Virus record (IMG/VR): IMGVR_UViG_3300020576_004755
Span: 118,850 to 182,849 of that record
Length of the DNA: 64,000 nt
DNA from: a virus
Lineage: Duplodnaviria; Caudoviricetes
Strand: one strand, 5' to 3'
Of this stretch, positions 30,616-39,102 are shown one piece after another (the first letter of the stretch is position 1; each line of letters starts with the position of its first letter). Made by a program: the position numbers and the translations under genes. The notes under the pieces were generated by a model that saw only the letters and a list, made by a program, of their open reading frames with translations, had not been told where the DNA came from and did not search any database.

Positions 30616-30981
30616 TTATGCTTGTGGTACGTCCATCATCATTCTCGTATATTCGTGCGCGAATTCATCGAAGATTCGTTGAAGCCTCTTGTTGTCCTTG
30701 TGAAATCCTTTCAATGAGAGATCGAAAGAGATAACCGAAAGAAAATGAGAAACGAACTCTTTCGATCCTGAATAGGAGCCAGCAATTCTTGTTGCACTTT
30801 TTTTTGTTTTGCTTCCCGAAACGTTGACAAAAACATTGCCAATAACAATAAGCTTGTTTGTTCTAAGCCAATCAATCTGAGTGCCCACCGAGCAATGGAT
30901 CGCGTTAAGATAGCCATGATAGGGGAAATAGGTATAGCTATCAAGAGAGGCATTCTTTTTTATGCTTGAACGTATTGTCAT
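30616..30981 (-). CDS. MTIR-tag family protein
   Basis: internal start MTIRSS. Confidence 0.7.
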   Translation of the reverse strand: MTIRSSIKKNASLDSYTYFPYHGYLNAIHCSVGTQIDWLRTNKLIVIGNVFVNVSGSKTKKSATRIAGSYSGSKEFVSHFLSVISFDLSLKGFHKDNKRLQRIFDEFAHEYTRMMMDVPQA

Positions 30982-30991
30982 AATGACTTTT

Positions 30992-31372
30992 TCACCAATG
31001 AATCGTTCCCGTTTCAATGATCTTGTCGAAGTCTGTTCGATATTCATGAATAGAACCCATTCTGAGACAGAGAACAGAAAGAATCTTTTGTGCGCTCTTA
31101 ACCCTAGCTTTTCTAAAATGCCAAGATTGAATATCAAGATAGAGCATTCTGTGTCTCATTTCGGTATGTGTTGTGCCTGTGAATATGTTGGTGTAAATCT
31201 CTTGTGTGTAGACTGTCATGATCTTGACAAAGCTTTTGCATTTGAATTGTGATCGGGTCTTATCAGAAATAGGAGCATACATAGACTTTCTCCAAGACTC
31301 ATAAGTTTCCTTCAAGATCTTGTCGGTAAGCTCCATCTTCTTCTTTGATATAAGCTGTACTCGGATTGTCAT
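30992..31372 (-). CDS. MTIR-tag family protein
   Basis: internal start MTIRVQ; ATGA overlap. Confidence 0.7.
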   Translation of the reverse strand: MTIRVQLISKKKMELTDKILKETYESWRKSMYAPISDKTRSQFKCKSFVKIMTVYTQEIYTNIFTGTTHTEMRHRMLYLDIQSWHFRKARVKSAQKILSVLCLRMGSIHEYRTDFDKIIETGTIHW

Positions 31373-31638
31373 TCGCGTATTCCTCTTTCGAAGTCTTTCC
31401 ACAAAAAAGAGACTTTATCATTTGAGTCTACCGACTTCTTCCGCGAGAAGAAGTATTCGGAGCTTTTGTTGTAAGGAAACCATGTGATTAAATCTATTGT
31501 GACCAAATGATCAGGAAGACCAATATGAGAACTACGCAGCGTGACAATCTTGGGAGATCCAATTGGGTTATATGGATTGCCATGTACATGCTTTGTTACT
31601 TGGTCCAAGTCAGAAACGTAACTTGCTCTGATTGTCAT
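31369..31638 (-). CDS. MTIR-tag family protein
   Basis: MTIRAS; ATGA overlap. Confidence 0.7.
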   Translation of the reverse strand: MTIRASYVSDLDQVTKHVHGNPYNPIGSPKIVTLRSSHIGLPDHLVTIDLITWFPYNKSSEYFFSRKKSVDSNDKVSFLWKDFERGIRE

Positions 31639-31889
31639 AACTCACCTTTGCTTATCCGATGCCATATTTCTATTTCTCTTAACAAAGCAATAGTATTTGC
31701 TAGGCAAGGACCGAAAGAAAGATTGGAAACGGCATTCTTATGACGTGGAACGTCCACGGCATCAAACATGACATATGCACTTGTTGTGTTTCTTGATTCA
31801 TAATAGATAACGATTACAAATCTTGTTGTACGATCCCATCGCATACGCTCATAATCAAATGGCGTTAGATGCCTGACTCTAATACTCAT
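31635..31889 (-). CDS. MTIR-tag family protein (MSIR)
   Basis: internal start MSIRVR; 11-nt overlap. Confidence 0.7.
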   Translation of the reverse strand: MSIRVRHLTPFDYERMRWDRTTRFVIVIYYESRNTTSAYVMFDAVDVPRHKNAVSNLSFGPCLANTIALLREIEIWHRISKGEL

Positions 31890-32433
31890 CGATAAGTTCT
31901 CCTTCTCGTATTCTACGAATATCTGGACAACTCGTGTTTTGTATACGTCTTTCTTTTGGTACCACGACATTATTGTAGCGATCAGGACGATGATAGAATG
32001 TATAGGCAAAAAGTGGTGGACGGCTTCTGTGATCCTCCAATTCTATTTCATTTGGTGAATGACAAAAACACATTTCAAAACCATATTCTTTCACGATACC
32101 AAGAAAGAGTTCATGAACTGCCAACGTTACTTTTCTGGTAAGTTCGACAGAGTTTTGAACCAGTTTGTAGTGAACAACTATATTGTTTCGCAGAGAATTT
32201 GCGTCTGTCTTGGCATAATGCAAAATTGCATCTTCGCCATACTTTTCCTTTTTTACAGATCTAAGGCTAGGAGAGTTGTAAAACGCAAGTTCATAAGGAT
32301 ATGTGTCTGTATAATGAGCGGAAGCGTGAAGGGCATAATGATACGCCTGACCAGCATAAAATCCAAACTCTAAATGAACATAGGCTGGCGCTGTTATGTC
32401 TTTGACATAAGATTTTGAAGCTCTAATGGTCAT
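31879..32433 (-). CDS. MTIR-tag family protein
   Basis: MTIRAS; 11-nt overlap. Confidence 0.75.
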   Translation of the reverse strand: MTIRASKSYVKDITAPAYVHLEFGFYAGQAYHYALHASAHYTDTYPYELAFYNSPSLRSVKKEKYGEDAILHYAKTDANSLRNNIVVHYKLVQNSVELTRKVTLAVHELFLGIVKEYGFEMCFCHSPNEIELEDHRSRPPLFAYTFYHRPDRYNNVVVPKERRIQNTSCPDIRRIREGELIDEY

Positions 32434-32761
32434 CTAGGTGTCTCCAAGACTTGTTGTAAATCTCTTCATAATGGTAATGATGAAACTTCTTTGGAAGCGG
32501 TGGAGTTGGAATGTTGTAGCCCTTGGGGAAATAGTTTCTCATGCGAAGATGAATAGCATCTTGCCAGGGATAATCCTTAGAATCTTCATGCCACTCTCTT
32601 GTGAACTTAATACCAATCAAAAAGAATGCTGCTGTTTCGTATAGTCCCTTGATTGGACCCCAATGAGCCATTGCTTGCCAGTAATGACAATGACAGACTC
32701 GTGTCACAATATCAAGGCTGTTGCCATCAAGGCTGTATAGGAGTTGGGTTCGAATGGTCAT
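32423..32761 (-). CDS. MTIR-tag family protein
   Basis: MTIRTQ. Confidence 0.7.
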   Translation of the reverse strand: MTIRTQLLYSLDGNSLDIVTRVCHCHYWQAMAHWGPIKGLYETAAFFLIGIKFTREWHEDSKDYPWQDAIHLRMRNYFPKGYNIPTPPLPKKFHHYHYEEIYNKSWRHLDDH

Positions 32762-32769
32762 GAAAGGGT

Positions 32770-33192
32770 TCAGCTTCCCATTAGGTCTATCAGCTTCATT
32801 GCTGACTGATCGTACAAGACTTCAACGTTACGTCTGTTGAGTTCCTCCAACAATCCTGTTGTTTGATGCGGAGACTCCAGCAACGAATCCAATATATGCA
32901 TTTCTGCTTTCTTAGAGAACTCAAAGGATTTTGGTTTCATTAGCCTAAGACCAACCAACATGTACTCCACGAATTCTCTCAAGGTCTTAATCTTTTCTAA
33001 AGAAGAGAACGTATATCTCACATGATATACGTCAGCATACACAAGACCCATTAACTCAACAGCGTGAGGCGTATAGACAACAAGCTTAGGCATTGTGTTG
33101 ACACGCAAGCCTTCTGTAGTCCTCGTAGGATGAGGCTTGCTTCTCTGTGTATAGACAGGAAGATCTGATTTGAATGTTGTTCTAATTGCCAT
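32770..33192 (-). CDS. MTIR-tag family protein, paralog of 10655..11101
   Basis: MAIRTT; 11-nt overlap. Confidence 0.75.
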   Translation of the reverse strand: MAIRTTFKSDLPVYTQRSKPHPTRTTEGLRVNTMPKLVVYTPHAVELMGLVYADVYHVRYTFSSLEKIKTLREFVEYMLVGLRLMKPKSFEFSKKAEMHILDSLLESPHQTTGLLEELNRRNVEVLYDQSAMKLIDLMGS

Positions 33193-33484
33193 ACTGGTAG
33201 TATTCCGTTCTCAACTTACGAAATTGGCTTCTTTGTGCATCAGATATCCGATTATCATCTACACCCCGACGCCAAAAGAAAATACGTTCAGATGGATTTG
33301 GGGCTTCTGGTCTATCGTATACGCAGATACCATATCGATAGTCTAAAACCCACGAAGAGGGGTTCCATATTATAAAAGGCATTCCAAGACGAGGAGGATA
33401 GGGACGACATTCAACAATAAGAGACTTAGCCTTTTTTATTGTCTCTGTTGGAATCTCGGATTTGAATGTTGTTCTAATGGTCAT
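33182..33484 (-). CDS. MTIR-tag family protein
   Basis: MTIRTT; 11-nt overlap. Confidence 0.7.
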   Translation of the reverse strand: MTIRTTFKSEIPTETIKKAKSLIVECRPYPPRLGMPFIIWNPSSWVLDYRYGICVYDRPEAPNPSERIFFWRRGVDDNRISDAQRSQFRKLRTEYYQYGN

Positions 33485-33755
33485 TTGCTTCTATCTGTAT
33501 CCATCTGTCTGTGAAAATGCGTCCACCTGAATGAACAGAAGCATCTGGTTCATAGTCTGGTGAGTTCCAAGAAGGTGCGTACTGCCAACTAGGATAAAAC
33601 TTGAACGTCGTCTTGTAGACCCAAGGAAATTCAATTGGGATGGTCCATGTATACGCAAACCATCTGTTTTTTCCAGCAGGCTTGCTATATTTGTCCAGAA
33701 GCGCAACAAGTCTCATCTTTGAGTTGTCAGACTTGAATGATGGTCTAATTGCCAT
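33474..33755 (-). CDS. MTIR-tag family protein
   Basis: MAIRPS; 11-nt overlap. Confidence 0.7.
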   Translation of the reverse strand: MAIRPSFKSDNSKMRLVALLDKYSKPAGKNRWFAYTWTIPIEFPWVYKTTFKFYPSWQYAPSWNSPDYEPDASVHSGGRIFTDRWIQIEANDH

Positions 33756-34011
33756 ACTTACCTGCCTCTACCTCATGCCATTTCTTTATTTTTTCTTCAT
33801 CTATTTCGATCCGTTGAGCAAGTCTTTTCTTGTGGCTAAAGTAGAACCTTTCGTCGAAGACTTCTGGATATCCCTTGAACAGTAAGTCTTGATGCATAAA
33901 GCGTTCGTCAGAAATCATGGAACCGCCAATCGTCGCTCGGTAGAGAAATGCTTCTTTTGTTACAATACGAACTCTGTTGTTTGGACTCTTGAATGTAATT
34001 CGAATGGACAT
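33745..34011 (-). CDS. MTIR-tag family protein (MSIR)
   Basis: internal start MSIRIT. Confidence 0.7.
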   Translation of the reverse strand: MSIRITFKSPNNRVRIVTKEAFLYRATIGGSMISDERFMHQDLLFKGYPEVFDERFYFSHKKRLAQRIEIDEEKIKKWHEVEAGKYGN

Positions 34012-34015
34012 ACTC

Positions 34016-34273
34016 TTACTTCCTTCTGCCATTCTCTATGTCATGCCAGATATCTTCAAAAGCACGATAGTCTTCACTAGCACAATTTGCATAGAATGAT
34101 CCAGCTTTTCTAAAGAACCATCCAGTCTTCATTGGATAGTCGCTATTCATATACAAGAAATTATAGTGAATTGCATCTGGTTTATTTGGATTCATTGCCA
34201 GAGTGCGAAACTTCACTTGTGAAAGAATACGAACTCGCGTTTCTGTGTGCTTATATGAAGTTCGAATTGTCAT
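34016..34273 (-). CDS. MTIR-tag family protein
   Basis: MTIRTS. Confidence 0.7.
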   Translation of the reverse strand: MTIRTSYKHTETRVRILSQVKFRTLAMNPNKPDAIHYNFLYMNSDYPMKTGWFFRKAGSFYANCASEDYRAFEDIWHDIENGRRK

Positions 34274-34278
34274 GTGCT

Positions 34279-34620
34279 TTATTTTTCGTTTTTTCTGTCT
34301 CTCAGCAAGGGATATCCAATCTTCCGACAGATTTCGTAGTAGACAGGCAATATCTCTATCATGGCTTTTTCCGGTACGTTGTCAAACATGGCACTAAACG
34401 TTTCGATTGGATACCATTCAATCTTCGACAAGCCATTGTCATTTATCCACTGTGATATCCGTGAGCTGCATGTAAACAGAGTGCAAAATCTTCGTGTTTT
34501 ATGAACAGAAAGATGAAACACTTTGCTCTGAACATCATAGAACGCAAACTGGTTGATCTGCTTTAGAGCTACTTGAAGTCTTGGAAGCTGCTCTTCCGAA
34601 TATTGGCTTCTAATGGTCAT
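34279..34620 (-). CDS. MTIR-tag family protein
   Basis: MTIRSQ; 11-nt overlap. Confidence 0.7.
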   Translation of the reverse strand: MTIRSQYSEEQLPRLQVALKQINQFAFYDVQSKVFHLSVHKTRRFCTLFTCSSRISQWINDNGLSKIEWYPIETFSAMFDNVPEKAMIEILPVYYEICRKIGYPLLRDRKNEK

Positions 34621-35002
34621 TGTATTCTCGCAAGATTTCTTCTATGAATTGATGAGCCTTGCGAGTCGAGTCGTTTTTTGGATCTTTCTTCCAAGGGATT
34701 GTTACATACTGCTTGGTCCAAACGTTGAACTTGCTTATATCATCCCAATTGCGAGATTTACCATTAACTTGATAGTAGACCGTAACTTTTCCTTCTTGGA
34801 ATTTTGAAACAGGAAACTCTAAAGGATGCTCACAGTTTGGTATAACCACCCCTAAAGTAAAGTAATAGGACGTTCGTTCGCTACTTCTCATGCTCAGTAG
34901 ACTACTACAGGCTCTTTGAGTAAAGATATAAACCCTCGTCTTCTTTTGTTTCCAAAAGAGATTAGAAAGGGGTTTTGATAATGTTGTGGCTCTGATGGTC
35001 AT
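34610..35002 (-). CDS. MTIR-tag family protein
   Basis: MTIRAT; ATGA overlap. Confidence 0.7.
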   Translation of the reverse strand: MTIRATTLSKPLSNLFWKQKKTRVYIFTQRACSSLLSMRSSERTSYYFTLGVVIPNCEHPLEFPVSKFQEGKVTVYYQVNGKSRNWDDISKFNVWTKQYVTIPWKKDPKNDSTRKAHQFIEEILREYNDH

Positions 35003-35331
35003 CGCACTAAAATTGCAACCTTCCTGTGATTCTTATGGAACCATCCCTGCTTGTTTGGCGGAAAAGACTTTGCATATGAATAGGAGATGTTGTTAATCTC
35101 TCTGGCAAGATGGGATTGGCAAGTGTCTCCAAGCCAACAAAAACTTGGCTTCATTTCATGAAATCTCATATAAATGCTAACGTTGTCGCTACGAAGAAGA
35201 TTGGTCATTATCAGAACTCCTGGATTATGCTCTGGTTCACGGAACATGGCAACATAGATCCATTCGTAATCTCCTGCTACTCCTACCCTGTGATATCTCG
35301 CTTTTATCTCTATTGTGGCTCGTATGGTCAT
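34999..35331 (-). CDS. MTIR-tag family protein
   Basis: MTIRAT; ATGA overlap. Confidence 0.7.
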   Translation of the reverse strand: MTIRATIEIKARYHRVGVAGDYEWIYVAMFREPEHNPGVLIMTNLLRSDNVSIYMRFHEMKPSFCWLGDTCQSHLAREINNISYSYAKSFPPNKQGWFHKNHRKVAILVR

Positions 35332-35669
35332 GAAATTAAAGAGCCTTCCATGATAGAAGCAAGTGCTCTGAACTGCCCTGGTCCATACAAGGTATATATG
35401 TCAGACATATGCGTACCTTGCATGTAGGCATTCCAGGGACATTCGTAATCTCCTACATCTCTTGTAAGTTGGTTGATTATGGCAGGATTTCTTGCTGCCG
35501 GTGTAGTTGCCAAAGTACCATTGATGATCTTCAAGGCTGCGTCAGAGAAGAAATAAGCATGAAAGACGTACAGCACAGGATTGACAAAAGCAAAGGAAGG
35601 AGAAGAAGAAGAAGAAGAAGGCAGATGACTTCTTGAATACTTTCTTGTTAGTGAAGCTCGAATGGTCAT
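35328..35669 (-). CDS. MTIR-tag family protein
   Basis: MTIRAS; ATGA overlap. Confidence 0.7.
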   Translation of the reverse strand: MTIRASLTRKYSRSHLPSSSSSSPSFAFVNPVLYVFHAYFFSDAALKIINGTLATTPAARNPAIINQLTRDVGDYECPWNAYMQGTHMSDIYTLYGPGQFRALASIMEGSLIS

Positions 35670-35989
35670 AGGTGTCTTTTTCTCATCGTGTTGCTTTCTT
35701 TGTCATTTCTTGGATAGGGAATGTCATACACAATGTTGTCGTAGATTTCTCTAAGCCGACAACTTGGATTATGAACAAGAAATCTGTAAGAAAAAGTGCC
35801 GTCATCATCATCATCATCATCATCTACCTCGTCAATAATGCGAAGCAAATAACCTTTTGCGTTGCTATGAGAAACGATCTTGAACTTGTAGGTATTACGA
35901 TATCCAGAGCTCTCGATCAAGGAGGCAGGAAGCTCTATCGATCCATAGCAAGAGTTTACGTTTCTTAGGTCTGTTGTTCGAATGGTCAT
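35666..35989 (-). CDS. MTIR-tag family protein with poly-D
   Basis: internal start MTIRTT. Confidence 0.7.
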   Translation of the reverse strand: MTIRTTDLRNVNSCYGSIELPASLIESSGYRNTYKFKIVSHSNAKGYLLRIIDEVDDDDDDDDGTFSYRFLVHNPSCRLREIYDNIVYDIPYPRNDKESNTMRKRHL

Positions 35990-35997
35990 AAAATAGT

Positions 35998-36534
35998 CTA
36001 ACTTCCCTTCTCTCTTTCTCCTCTTCCGATTGAATCCCATATGTCTCGTTCTTCTGACATGTTCTGATTGCTGCGTTTGAAGTTCACAGAGAACAGAGTT
36101 TTGTTATTTGTTGTTCCGTTATCGGAAGAAATGCTTGTGGTACGAGAGATTGTTGCCGTGATTCTTCCTACTTCATAACTGCCAACACCGAACGGACTGT
36201 TAAAATCTTTCTCAATAGCTCTGTAATAATTCAAGTCCTCAAGGGTGTAAGTGCGGACCTTTCCATCAACAGCTTCTTCATAAGCTATTTTGTCAAGAAT
36301 TCGATCAATGTTTGACTGGATCCTATCTGTCCAGTAAGCATGGGAGTCTGGATCTGGATACTTCTTTACATGAGTGAACGTATTGAGGAGCAATAGTCCC
36401 GATCCATCTATCATTGCTTCTCTTTTTATTCCTTTTCTTTTGCAAATGACATCTCCAAATAAAAGAGAAGAAGAAGAAAGACTTCTTGCAATGATCTCGA
36501 TGTTGATTGTTGGTATGGAGATACGGATGGTCAT
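35998..36534 (-). CDS. MTIR-tag family protein
   Basis: MTIRIS; ATGA overlap. Confidence 0.75.
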   Translation of the reverse strand: MTIRISIPTINIEIIARSLSSSSLLFGDVICKRKGIKREAMIDGSGLLLLNTFTHVKKYPDPDSHAYWTDRIQSNIDRILDKIAYEEAVDGKVRTYTLEDLNYYRAIEKDFNSPFGVGSYEVGRITATISRTTSISSDNGTTNNKTLFSVNFKRSNQNMSEERDIWDSIGRGEREKGS

Positions 36535-36968
36535 TGTTTCTGTTCTTCCTCTTTGTCAAACAGAAGATGAAACTGTTCAGAAGAAGTGGTCTGACAGATT
36601 GACGATGAATCAAAGCCTTTGTCAACGCTCAGGAACTTCAATACAGGCTTGTATCCTGAATAGAATGCGCCATCGCGACACAATACAAGTTGCCTTGTTG
36701 TATAGGTTCCCATTCCGGTAGGAGAACGTTCAATGGCATCAATGACACGTTGGTTTTGCATGATAGATTTTTCGTAAAACAGTCTGTCTTTTTTATGCTT
36801 TGCTGTGTACATAAGCCTGTTTAGATTGTCATTCTGTTGTTTCAAGTTCTTTGCCATTGCAGCTTGGTCAAAGTTCATTACATGCTTGGTAACGATCTTG
36901 ATCCCTTTGTCTCTAAGGAAGAGGAGGGAGGAGAATGATAGATCTTTTTGTTGTCTACGGATGGTCAT
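36531..36968 (-). CDS. MTIR-tag family protein
   Basis: MTIRRQ. Confidence 0.75.
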   Translation of the reverse strand: MTIRRQQKDLSFSSLLFLRDKGIKIVTKHVMNFDQAAMAKNLKQQNDNLNRLMYTAKHKKDRLFYEKSIMQNQRVIDAIERSPTGMGTYTTRQLVLCRDGAFYSGYKPVLKFLSVDKGFDSSSICQTTSSEQFHLLFDKEEEQKQ

Positions 36969-36988
36969 ATAGAATGGAATATAACCCC

Positions 36989-37018
36989 ATTATAGGTTAT
37001 TGTGCGCCGACAATAAAC
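36989..37018 (-). promoter_or_regulatory. early-type promoter near the head of the largest MTIR block
   Basis: GTTTAT-N18-TATAAT. Confidence 0.75.
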
Positions 37019-37092
37019 AAAAGAAGGGATTTTCTCAAATGTGCTCTTGAAAGCAAGAGCAATTGCCGCTAAAAATAGGAAGATTGTTGTTA

Positions 37093-37494
37093 TTATCTAT
37101 TGCCGACACTAAAACTGCCAAGAGGAAGATCTAGCAGATGAGGACAGTGATCTAAGATAGCTTGCCTGGTAATGGCATGAAGCTTTCTATTGATCTCGTC
37201 ACATTCATCATTCCATTTTTTGTTAAAAGTGGCATATACATGCTCTTGAGAAGAAGAACAGTTAAGCCGAAAGAGAGTTCCTTTAACGGTATCCATGGAA
37301 TACTCTGATGAGCTATTAGAGGAAGAAGAAGAACTAGCATCATGAGAATGGAAGTTCAGTCTAACGTATGTATAAGGAAACCCAAAGGCTCTTGAATGGT
37401 TGGCTTGGATAGCTTGTTTGTATTGCCAGAGAAAGCTATCCGATAGCTTTACTGTTTCTAATAAGACTGTTGTTCTTGTTCTTCTGATTGTCAT
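37093..37494 (-). CDS. MTIR-tag family protein (first of array)
   Basis: MTIRRT. Confidence 0.75.
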   Translation of the reverse strand: MTIRRTRTTVLLETVKLSDSFLWQYKQAIQANHSRAFGFPYTYVRLNFHSHDASSSSSSNSSSEYSMDTVKGTLFRLNCSSSQEHVYATFNKKWNDECDEINRKLHAITRQAILDHCPHLLDLPLGSFSVGNR

Positions 37495-37527
37495 AAGTTC
37501 CTGACAGTAGTCTTTAGTCGTATAGAT

Positions 37528-37602
37528 ACCAATAAGCTACGTCCCAATAAGCTTACAGTAAAAGCTTAAATAAGCTTACAGTAAAGCTACCAATAAGCTT
37601 AG
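37528..37602. repeat. imperfect tandem repeats AATAAGCT(T)AC / AGTAAAGCT
   Basis: six AAGCT cores in about 75 nt. Confidence 0.7.
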
Positions 37603-37866
37603 CCCCTCAACAAAGCAAAGTAAACATAATCGAATGGATTCTTATTCCATTGTGAGATTATTCAAAGTGTTCAGAGTAAGTGCCACCAATGATAGGGGTA
37701 GGGTGGCTATAGGTGGGTACCCCTACCGTATTAGTGAGGGGTTTACACATGCAGAAAGTGGTGCTAAGGGCTTAAAGGAATTTTTTGGGAAATTTGGAGG
37801 TCAATTTGGAAATTTTTTTCCTGGAAAATTTTTTTCTGGGAAATTTTTTCCATACTTATAGGGAAT

Positions 37867-39102
37867 ATGTCAACCAACAACAATAACAGTAATAGCAACA
37901 ATAGAACCTTTGGTGTGGAATTCGAACTGTTCTTTACGAACAAGGGATGGGTACAGTTTGTATATGACAACAGGGATGTTATAGGACCAGAGGTTATGAG
38001 AACAAGAGTTCCTAGAGAAGATAGAGATATCTTTATGAAAGCTATGAATTCTGGTAATGCGAAGAAGTTTGAAAACGAAGTCAACATGTTTATGTCTGAC
38101 AACTATGATGTGATTGAACTTGTGCTCTATAAGAAACTGGGCTTTCCTAAGTCCTGGGAGACTACCAGTGACCAGTCGATCAACGGTGGACAGAGTGAGG
38201 CATTCTCTATAGAGATTGTCACTCCACCGCTCTCAGAGGCTTCTGGAGGGTTTCAAGAGATTGTTAGGTTCTGTCGGGCATTCAAACCCTATGCTTCGGT
38301 TAACAAGTCTACAGGCTTGCATGTTCATGTTGATGCCAGGGAGTTTGTTAAAAAGAGCGAACAAAAGAATCTATCTCATAGACTCTTGGTTGCTCTTATG
38401 AGCTATAAGAGCGTTGAGCCTTTGTTTGATCAACTTGTTGCTGCCAGCAGAAGAGGAAACAAGAACAAGAAAATGGCACAGGCTACTCCAAAGGAAGAAG
38501 AACTCTATGGTGCTTACAAGGCTGCCATAAAGAGAGATAGCAAAGACCTAGAGAGTTACATTTCTACCTTTCAGGGCGATAGATATAACAAACTCAATCT
38601 TTGGAGTCTTGAGAAGCACGGAACCCTTGAGTTTCGACAAATGCATGGAACCCTTAACGAGAAGCTCATCATTGGTTGGACCAAGCTTGCTCTTAACTTC
38701 ATTGAACAAGTCCTTAAGACCGATGCAGAGCTTAGATCATACTTTATTGAGCAACAGAAGCTCATAAAGAACCAATACGGTCAAGTTAAGAAAGACCTTG
38801 AGACTCAATATCCGAAAATGAAGGATATTGACATAGACCTCATCATAGACGAGTTGATCCATAGCAATGATGATTTTTGGTTATCGCGCGTTGTTCAAAA
38901 TCCAAAAGACTTACAAAATGCAAAGAAGATTATTTTTGCACTTAAGAACAACTCTGTTGATTCGAGGGCAGCGATCGATTATCTAAAACAAGTGATTGCA
39001 AAGAACCAAAAGAACCTTGTTCCAACAAGAACCTATAACCAAGCCAAGCAGGCATATCAAGCAAACCCATTGGCAGAAGAACAAGAACAGCAAGAACAAT
39101 GA
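37867..39102 (+). CDS. putative amidoligase (COOH-NH2 ligase type 2)
   Basis: TFGVEFE, EIVTPPL, STGLHVHV, RYNKLN, GTLEFRQ. Confidence 0.85.
   Translation: MSTNNNNSNSNNRTFGVEFELFFTNKGWVQFVYDNRDVIGPEVMRTRVPREDRDIFMKAMNSGNAKKFENEVNMFMSDNYDVIELVLYKKLGFPKSWETTSDQSINGGQSEAFSIEIVTPPLSEASGGFQEIVRFCRAFKPYASVNKSTGLHVHVDAREFVKKSEQKNLSHRLLVALMSYKSVEPLFDQLVAASRRGNKNKKMAQATPKEEELYGAYKAAIKRDSKDLESYISTFQGDRYNKLNLWSLEKHGTLEFRQMHGTLNEKLIIGWTKLALNFIEQVLKTDAELRSYFIEQQKLIKNQYGQVKKDLETQYPKMKDIDIDLIIDELIHSNDDFWLSRVVQNPKDLQNAKKIIFALKNNSVDSRAAIDYLKQVIAKNQKNLVPTRTYNQAKQAYQANPLAEEQEQQEQ

Noticed and set aside
7690-36040. Longer N-terminal extensions given by the ORF track for 23 array genes
   Set aside because: Most extend into the upstream gene, while the internal tag start usually gives a 4- or 11-nt overlap or a short gap
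5973-37494. MTIR 12-mer as an integron attC-like or other DNA recombination site
   Set aside because: Full synonymous variation, no inverted-repeat structure, no spacer DNA between most genes, no recombinase in the window
37528-37602. CRISPR array
   Set aside because: Units are about 10-20 nt, irregular, with no unique spacers or cas genes
37634-37861. 75-aa ORF with GKFF repeats
   Set aside because: Looks like a translation of non-coding A/T-tract repeats
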